A DNA stretch of 64,000 nt, from the IMG/VR virus record IMGVR_UViG_3300044699_000169. One strand, 5' to 3'. Below are positions 58,895 to 64,000 of this stretch, in pieces (within the stretch, counting starts at the first letter, position 1; each line of letters opens with the position of its first letter). Both the position numbers and the translations under genes were made by a program. This stretch comes from an uncultured virus (IMG/VR IMGVR_UViG_3300044699_000169) (Duplodnaviria; Heunggongvirae; Uroviricota; Caudoviricetes). The notes beneath the pieces are model-generated. The model made no database searches and was not told the origin of the DNA. It was given only the letters and a program-made list of their open reading frames with translations.

Positions 58895-58969
58895 TGGTGC
58901 CGGCCTCCGGTGCTGCCCCGGACGCCTCCCGCTTTTCAGACGGGCGCTCTACTGCTGAGCTAGACCGGC
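58895..58969 (-). tRNA. tRNA-Phe(GAA)
   Basis: Loop CTGAAAA. Confidence 0.82.
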
Positions 58970-59140
58970 GAGTAATTCTTCTGCCCGAAGCACGATCCCG
59001 AGCGCGTAGGCCCAACGTCTGAACCCTGGAATCTCGAGCTCGTATCTTTCGATGATCGTTTCCCCGGCCCTCCAGCCGTCTCTCCGGATCGTCCACCCAT
59101 ACTCGGTGAGCGCCTGGATCCGCTTCTCCCGATCGTCCAT
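58949..59140 (-). CDS. small hypothetical protein
   Basis: GGAGG RBS; stop falls inside tRNA-Phe. Confidence 0.45.
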   Translation of the reverse strand: MDDREKRIQALTEYGWTIRRDGWRAGETIIERYELEIPGFRRWAYALGIVLRAEELLAGLAQQ

Positions 59141-59229
59141 GCAGCACCTCCACAGGTATCGCGTCTGGATCGAGAGGGGTGTGACAAAGAATGAAAAATA
59201 GGCTAGAATCCCCCGGCAAGGGGGAACTT

Positions 59230-59551
59230 ATGAGCGAACTGCTGCAGGTCACGGACAAGAACTTCGACGAGGCGCTCAAGGCGCCGCTGGCGATCATTGA
59301 GTTCTGGGCGCCCTGGTGCCCGGGCTGCAAGGCCGCCAAGCCCACGATCGCCAAGATCGCCGGCGAGCTCCAAGGTCAGGTGCTCGTCGTCGGAGCCGAC
59401 ATCGACGAAGCGCCAAAAGCCACCGAGAGGCACGAGGTCACCTCGATCCCGACGCTCGTCTTCTTCAGGGACGGCAAGGAGTTCTACCGCATCGACGGGA
59501 CGACTCCTACCGGCGCCTCATGCCCGACATCAAGAGCCGATTCGGATCTGA
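59230..59551 (+). CDS. trxA: thioredoxin (C-terminal frameshift in this read)
   Basis: EFWAPWCPGCK, SIPTLVFFRDGK. Confidence 0.85.
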
Positions 59552-59555
59552 AGAT

Positions 59556-59631
59556 TGGTTCCCACGCCAGGATTCGAACCTGGAATCTCCACGGTCAGAA
59601 CGTGGCGTCCTACCGGTTAGACGACGTGGGA
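59556..59631 (-). tRNA. tRNA-Gln(CTG)
   Basis: Loop TTCTGAC. Confidence 0.88.
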
Positions 59632-59716
59632 GTAAAGGGCGACACGCACCAGCGAGCGCGCGTTCGACTTGTCGGTGCAGGCTCATCGCGCGGAGCCCGT
59701 TACATCGCCCGAAGCT

Positions 59717-59792
59717 TGGCGCCCCTGATGGGATTCGAACCCACGGTCTCCTCCGTGACAGGGAGGCGGGGACTCCACTCCCCTACAGAGGC
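59717..59792 (-). tRNA. tRNA-Asp(GTC)
   Basis: Loop CTGTCAC, G73. Confidence 0.88.
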
Positions 59793-59803
59793 GTTTTCAA
59801 TTT

Positions 59804-59877
59804 TGGCATGCCGGAGAGGAGTCGCACCTCTACCCGCTGACTTGGAAACAGCGATGCTGCTGCTACACCACCGGCAT
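59804..59877 (-). tRNA. tRNA-Trp(CCA)
   Basis: Loop TTCCAAG, G73. Confidence 0.8.
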
Positions 59878-59878
59878 G

Positions 59879-59953
59879 TGGAGCGGGCAGCGGGACTTGC
59901 ACCCGCGATCTTCTCCTTGGGAAGGAGACGCGTTGCTTCTACGCTACGCCCGC
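59879..59953 (-). tRNA. tRNA-Gly(CCC)
   Basis: Loop TTCCCAA. Confidence 0.85.
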
Positions 59954-59956
59954 ATG

Positions 59957-60030
59957 TGGACCGCCTGACCGGAGTCGCACCGGCATCATCTGGGTGGAAA
60001 CCAGACGCTCTGCTGTTGAGCTACAGGCGG
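59957..60030 (-). tRNA. tRNA-Gly(TCC), first tRNA of the array
   Basis: Loop TTTCCAC. Confidence 0.85.
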
Positions 60031-60049
60031 ACGAAAGGCGCGTCACCGC

Positions 60050-60078
60050 TTGAAGATTTCATCCCCCTCGCGTATACT
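60050..60078 (+). promoter_or_regulatory. sigma70-type promoter for a plus-strand structured RNA
   Basis: TTGAAG-17-TATACT. Confidence 0.6.
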
Positions 60079-60294
60079 CGCTTCCCGAGCGTGTGACGGC
60101 CTGGCATTGAGGTCGGGGAGGCCCACCCTTCCCGGATGGGCCTCCCCTTCCGATCTTTGTCGTTCCAGCCCGATTTTCAAGTGCGGCGCGCGCCAACGCG
60201 CCGCGGCTTCCTGGCTCAGGGGCCCGGCCGGAGCCGATGGCGTCCTGAGTCCCTGGTATCCGCCCACCGACCTTCCAAGGTCGGTGGGTACAAC

Positions 60295-60339
60295 AAAAAA
60301 ACCCCCGCGTCCTTTCGGGCGCGGGGGTTTCAGTTTTTT
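60295..60339. terminator. bidirectional intrinsic terminator / attenuator hairpin
   Basis: Minus strand CCCCCGCGCCC-GAAA-GGACGCGGGGG plus U7; plus strand followed by TTTCAGTTTTTT. Confidence 0.85.
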
Positions 60340-60349
60340 CGAGCTCTTG

Positions 60350-60511
60350 TTACATCACCATCGCCCCCGCGCCCGTCTGTTCGATGGTTCGATTCCCGGC
60401 GGGCTTGCTGCACGTCGCCGGGGAATACGAACCCACGAACAGAGACCAAGCCTGCCGATGGAGGATCTCCATCGTTGGCCTTTGGTCTCGGACGCAGGGT
60501 AGTGATCTCAC
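60350..60511 (-). CDS. putative codon-sampling attenuator leader peptide (53 aa)
   Basis: AAGGAG at 60528-60523, GTG start; MRSLPCVRDQRPTMEILHRQAWSLFVGSYSPATCSKPAGNRTIEQTGAGAMVM; codons 46-50 are complementary to the terminator 5' arm. Confidence 0.65.
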   Translation of the reverse strand: MRSLPCVRDQRPTMEILHRQAWSLFVGSYSPATCSKPAGNRTIEQTGAGAMVM

Positions 60512-60552
60512 GGAAGGTCCGTCTCCTTGTTCGGTGGTCCTGTTACATGAAC

Positions 60553-60581
60553 AACGTAGCCGCCGAAAGGTTCGGTGTCAA
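60553..60581 (-). promoter_or_regulatory. sigma70-type promoter at head of tRNA array
   Basis: TTGACA-17-TACGTT with upstream T8 tract. Confidence 0.8.
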
Positions 60582-60600
60582 GCGGAAAAAAAATCGAATT

Positions 60601-61407
60601 CTAGAAGGCGCCAGGACGACGCACGAGATGGACCTGGCCGAGCATTGCCCGCCCCATCGTGAAAGGGGTCGCCGTCGTCATCGGCGTCGTCAAAGCCGAC
60701 GATACGAGACCCGACGAAACACACATGCCGCCGCGGACGAGCCTCGCGGTGCCTGCCGGCAACCGCTAGTTCTCCAGTCAACGCTGGCGACCGGTGGCGG
60801 AGTTTCGATGAGCTCGGCGGCTCAGGCGAGGGACTGGCTCGCCCGTCGGATACGGAATCTCCTCGGGCCACTCGTTCAATTCGTGCGGCGCAGTGCTGGG
60901 GCCTCCAGTCGACGGAAGGAACATCCAGGGGGCTGAGTTGCAATTGCTCTTCGAGCGAAGTCGATGGGATTTGGAATTTCCTGGAGGCCAGTTCGTAGCC
61001 AGACTCCGTTCCGAAATCCACGGGCGCAGTGTTCCATTTCTCTTCAAGAGCGGCGATCTTATCGAGACACCCGTTGTAGGCGTCCACCGCATCGGTGTAA
61101 GTCTGATATTCCGTATCTCCAGATTCTTCTCTGTCGATAGTAATGGCTCTTGTGCGTCCTCCATGTTCGCTGTAAGGATCTCGCATTCCTGTTCTTTTCC
61201 TTGAATTTTCGAGGCGTGGAGCGCCCTGCGCTCCATCTCTCTGGCGACTCCTCGGAAAATGGAGCGTGAAGGAGGTATCTCTTCGGGACTGGAGCTGGCT
61301 CTACCGGTAATGCGATGGTACGCGCCCCACGGATCCGTGAATTCGACTTGACCCAAAGACCGAGATCCGGGAACTCTGAGAGGAACCCGACCCAAGAACG
61401 GGCGCAT
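60601..61407 (-). CDS. LGQ-motif protein, paralogue of 23088-24083 (frameshifted)
   Basis: MRPFLGRVPLR..SLGQ start; ends ATPFTMGRAMLGQVHLVRRPGAF-stop in another frame. Confidence 0.65.
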
Positions 61408-61423
61408 AGGCTTTCCTCCGAAC

Positions 61424-61618
61424 CTATCGGGAACGCCGCCCGCCGCCGAGCGTCGTCGTTGTGGGACGGCAAAGGCCGCGAGGGCCCACCTTCATTCCGG
61501 GAGGACATTTCGGGGGCCCAGCGTAAGCCGGCGGGAGGCCGCCGCCCCAGGAAGACGGGCCCAAATTGAGCGGAACCTGACCGATGGACTTTGCTGGGGT
61601 GGGCTTGGAGTTCGTCAT
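61424..61618 (-). CDS. small Pro-rich IGQ-motif protein
   Basis: AAGGAG RBS; SIGQVPL, CPPG..GLC. Confidence 0.55.
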   Translation of the reverse strand: MTNSKPTPAKSIGQVPLNLGPSSWGGGLPPAYAGPPKCPPGMKVGPRGLCRPTTTTLGGGRRSR

Positions 61619-61684
61619 ATCCCGAAATCTCCTTACGATCTGCACTCTACCACGGAGCCGTCAAAATGGCCAAGGCATTCGAGA

Positions 61685-62713
61685 TCAGAGGGGTCCACCG
61701 CTTCTCTTGAATGCCCCAAACGGCATCGTCCAGGCGGCGCCGGCCTGGGCGTATCCGTGTGGGAGTTCGTCGCTCATCGCCATTCGGATCATGTCAGGAT
61801 CGTCAGGGACGTAGCTACGGCCCTTTGACGCGATGCGCTCGATGTCACCTCCCTGCTGGATCGTGCGACCGAACTGGCGCTCATAGTTCAAGATCCGCCA
61901 GAACATCCGAGGGTTCACTGCGTTCGCACTCGCCCACTGGTCTGGATTCCCGAAGATGCAGAACATGCACGAGACGCGGCCCCATCCCAGGTAGTAGGCC
62001 GGATGAGGTCGGATCCCCCAACGTTGGATGATTTCCCAGACGCGCTCTTCGGGCCAGTCGATGATCGCGCGCCACTGATCGACCCGACGAGACTGCGTGG
62101 TCGACTTGTGCTTCTCGACCTCGGCATAGCGGGCTGCGTGTTGTTCGATTCCTGGCGGCGCTCTCCGTGAGTCTCATAGATATCTTCCCGCTCTTGAAGC
62201 GCGGATTCATTATTGATCGCAGAATTTGCAACGTCGATCTTGAGGATTGCCGAGCACCACCGGGTCCGGAGGTCCGCCACCGCAGCAGAGAAACATGAGG
62301 CGCGTGTTTGGGCTCCCCCGGTCCCGCCGGCCTGTCCGATCGAGGCCGTCTGGGAGCTGGAACCCGATCTTCGCCGTCGGTGCATCCTGTTTGTTGATCT
62401 CCCCGCTCGAATCCGCCTTCCCGCCACTGGAACTTGATCGGAAGCCCAAGGCCCGGGCGACGTCCTTGCAGTAGCTCTCCGTACAAGGCCAGTCAAAGAA
62501 GCGCGGGTCGATGCCGGACGCCCATCGACGGCCTGAGTGCCAGAGCTCGATCTGTCCTCTCCCTCTCGGGATCCCCCCGCAGCTCTAGGGCGTGAAGCAC
62601 GCAGGCTGAGAGAGTCCTTCCCCCCAGAAAAGGGACACGATGACGTGGTCATAACCGTCAAGGGGAAGGAAGCTCCGGACGTGTCTCGCCGGATTCTCGG
62701 TCGGAAGAGGCAT
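61685..62713 (-). CDS. PAPS reductase family (PP-loop) protein, frameshifted
   Basis: YDHVIVS.SGGKDSL; RWCSAILKID; AYYLGWGRVSCMFCIF. Confidence 0.75.
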
Positions 62714-63009
62714 CTTAGAATCCGTTCAGATCCCTGAAGTCTTGATAGGATCCCCACGTCCTGGCGTCGCAGAATTTCCCGAATCAGATCCTCCAGATCG
62801 TTGGGCGTCTCGATGGATTTCTATCTCAGTTTCTCTACGCGTCGCCAGCCATCTCAATCGGAAAGGCTGCAACGCCGTGCCATTCGTTCCCGGGTCCGAT
62901 CCGAACGTGAATGTCAATGTCGGAGGATCCGTCTTCCACGAGCCTCAGAGTTGCCGGCCCGACGCGCCTGAACATGTCCTACAGCGACTATTCGTCGCCT
63001 CTCTCCACG

Positions 63010-63225
63010 TCAATCCAGTACTTGGCCTTGTTGATCCATTGGCGGGCCCGGTCGAGGATGACCGGATCCGGCTTCCGGTCGGAGGGGATCCTCGCCAGCA
63101 TCTCCTGGGACGTCGCTCAGAATCGACATGGCCCACAGGCCTGGATTTTCGAACTTGGGCTTCTCGGAAATGACCTGGTCGAGGGTCATTCCGAACATCT
63201 GGCGCTGCCGATCTTCGTCTGCCAC
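63010..63225 (-). CDS. hypothetical protein
   Basis: RQMFG..AMSILSD..; likely frameshifted. Confidence 0.45.
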   Translation of the reverse strand: MADEDRQRQMFGMTLDQVISEKPKFENPGLWAMSILSDVPGDAGEDPLRPEAGSGHPRPGPPMDQQGQVLD

Positions 63226-63234
63226 GATGAACCT

Positions 63235-63618
63235 CTACTTGACCTTCCCAAAGAAGCACTGGTTCTTTGACGCGTTTCTCGGCTTCGCTGATGACCCCCA
63301 GGACGCGCGAAAACCCTGGTGGAGGAGACGCGTCCGATTTTTCCTCTGGCCCTCGTCTCCATTGCTTTCCTTATCGCCAGCCTGGGCTCCTCGATGGCTC
63401 GAACGATCCGGCGCGACGTGCTTGGCGAAATCAGCTCGCTCTTTCCCCTGCTTCTCGAGATCGAGCTTCGCGATGAAGAGGTAGTGATCCGCGGCCGACA
63501 AATCGCCTTTGTGGAGACTCCCCGTCGCCGCACGCACCCGCTCATAGGCGGTGGCAAGGGCCGCACCCCTTGAAAAGCACAGCGCGGTAGGTTTCTTGAG
63601 GCGTCTGGGTTTCGCCAC
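63235..63618 (-). CDS. basic hypothetical protein
   Basis: Lys/Arg-rich ORF, possibly frameshifted. Confidence 0.45.
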   Translation of the reverse strand: MAKPRRLKKPTALCFSRGAALATAYERVRAATGSLHKGDLSAADHYLFIAKLDLEKQGKERADFAKHVAPDRSSHRGAQAGDKESNGDEGQRKNRTRLLHQGFRASWGSSAKPRNASKNQCFFGKVK

Positions 63619-63621
63619 GAT

Positions 63622-63798
63622 CTACTTCTTGGGCTTGATACCCATCTTGTTGAGCTTGCCGATCGCGCAGGCCTTGAGCTTCTTCTTGGCCTGCTCCGCG
63701 CCCTTGACGCCCTTCTTCATCATCCTGGGTTGAGGACCGAGCTCCTTGACGCAGGAGCTGTACGCCGTCAGATGGGGGTTCACCGCCTTTTTGGCCAT
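63622..63798 (-). CDS. small Lys-rich protein (58 aa)
   Basis: AAGGAG RBS; MAKKAVNPHLTAYSSCVKELG..MGIKPKK; below ORF-track cutoff. Confidence 0.65.
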   Translation of the reverse strand: MAKKAVNPHLTAYSSCVKELGPQPRMMKKGVKGAEQAKKKLKACAIGKLNKMGIKPKK

Positions 63799-64000
63799 CG
63801 AGATCTCCTTTCGAACGGGACTATTCTATCCCCATTTTCATGGGAGCACAATGATGTCCGAGAGTTCCTTCTCCCAGGCAATCTGCTCAAGACGAAGCGG
63901 GTGCTCGTGGAACTCGCTCGGATCGTGGTCCCACATAAAGATCTCCGGCTTGGGATCGGATGGGCCGGAAAGCTCCGGAACGATCGGCTCCTCGGCCTCA

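Noticed and set aside
60110..60160. SRP RNA
   Set aside because: A GGAA-like loop is present but the conserved CAGG/AGCA internal loop is absent.
52184..60502. Numerous 60-300-aa ORFs overlapping the tRNA array
   Set aside because: They run through tRNA cloverleafs and lack RBSs or protein-like composition.
60295..60546. T-box riboswitch
   Set aside because: No recognisable T-box consensus (AAnnnGGGTGGnACC) before the terminator; a leader-ORF model fits better.
1..64000. Alternative genetic code (stop-codon recoding)
   Set aside because: Genes end normally at TAA, TAG and TGA, breaks are frame changes rather than in-frame stops, and no suppressor tRNA was found.

Overview
GC-rich, gene-dense segment that looks like part of a very large bacteriophage or similar giant mobile element. 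There are no host housekeeping operons, and no capsid or terminase gene lies in this window, so the viral identity is inferred. From left to right it holds a tyrosine recombinase, many orphan ORFs, a 1200-aa multi-GT2 glycosyltransferase, collagen-like, beta-helix and ice-binding (DUF3494) fibre-type genes, a kinase/ParB/ADP-ribosyltransferase-like cluster and a block of modular fibre paralogues. These are followed by a tmRNA and a minus-strand array of about 46 tRNA genes covering all 20 amino acids (51.8-60.0 kb), interleaved with HNH genes, a thioredoxin and several structured non-tRNA RNAs. The most striking item is at the head of the array. A sigma70-type promoter is followed by a 53-codon leader ORF, below the ORF-track cutoff, that uses 39 different codons (31 consecutive non-repeating) and all 20 amino acids. 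Its last codons form a perfect 12-bp antiterminator against a downstream intrinsic terminator, making it a candidate attenuator that senses the whole tRNA pool. Other notable signals are a coordinated A18-G55 elbow swap in over half of the tRNAs and in the tmRNA, small antisense promoter-seed-terminator cassettes between tRNAs, structurally odd Tyr, Asn and Leu tRNAs, and a dispersed protein family sharing an FLGQ/RLGQ motif. Several regions (9.2-10.1, 24, 25.8-26.6, 38.8-45.3, 53.6-54.8 and 59-63.6 kb) carry frameshifts that look like read errors. All calls were made by eye without database searches.
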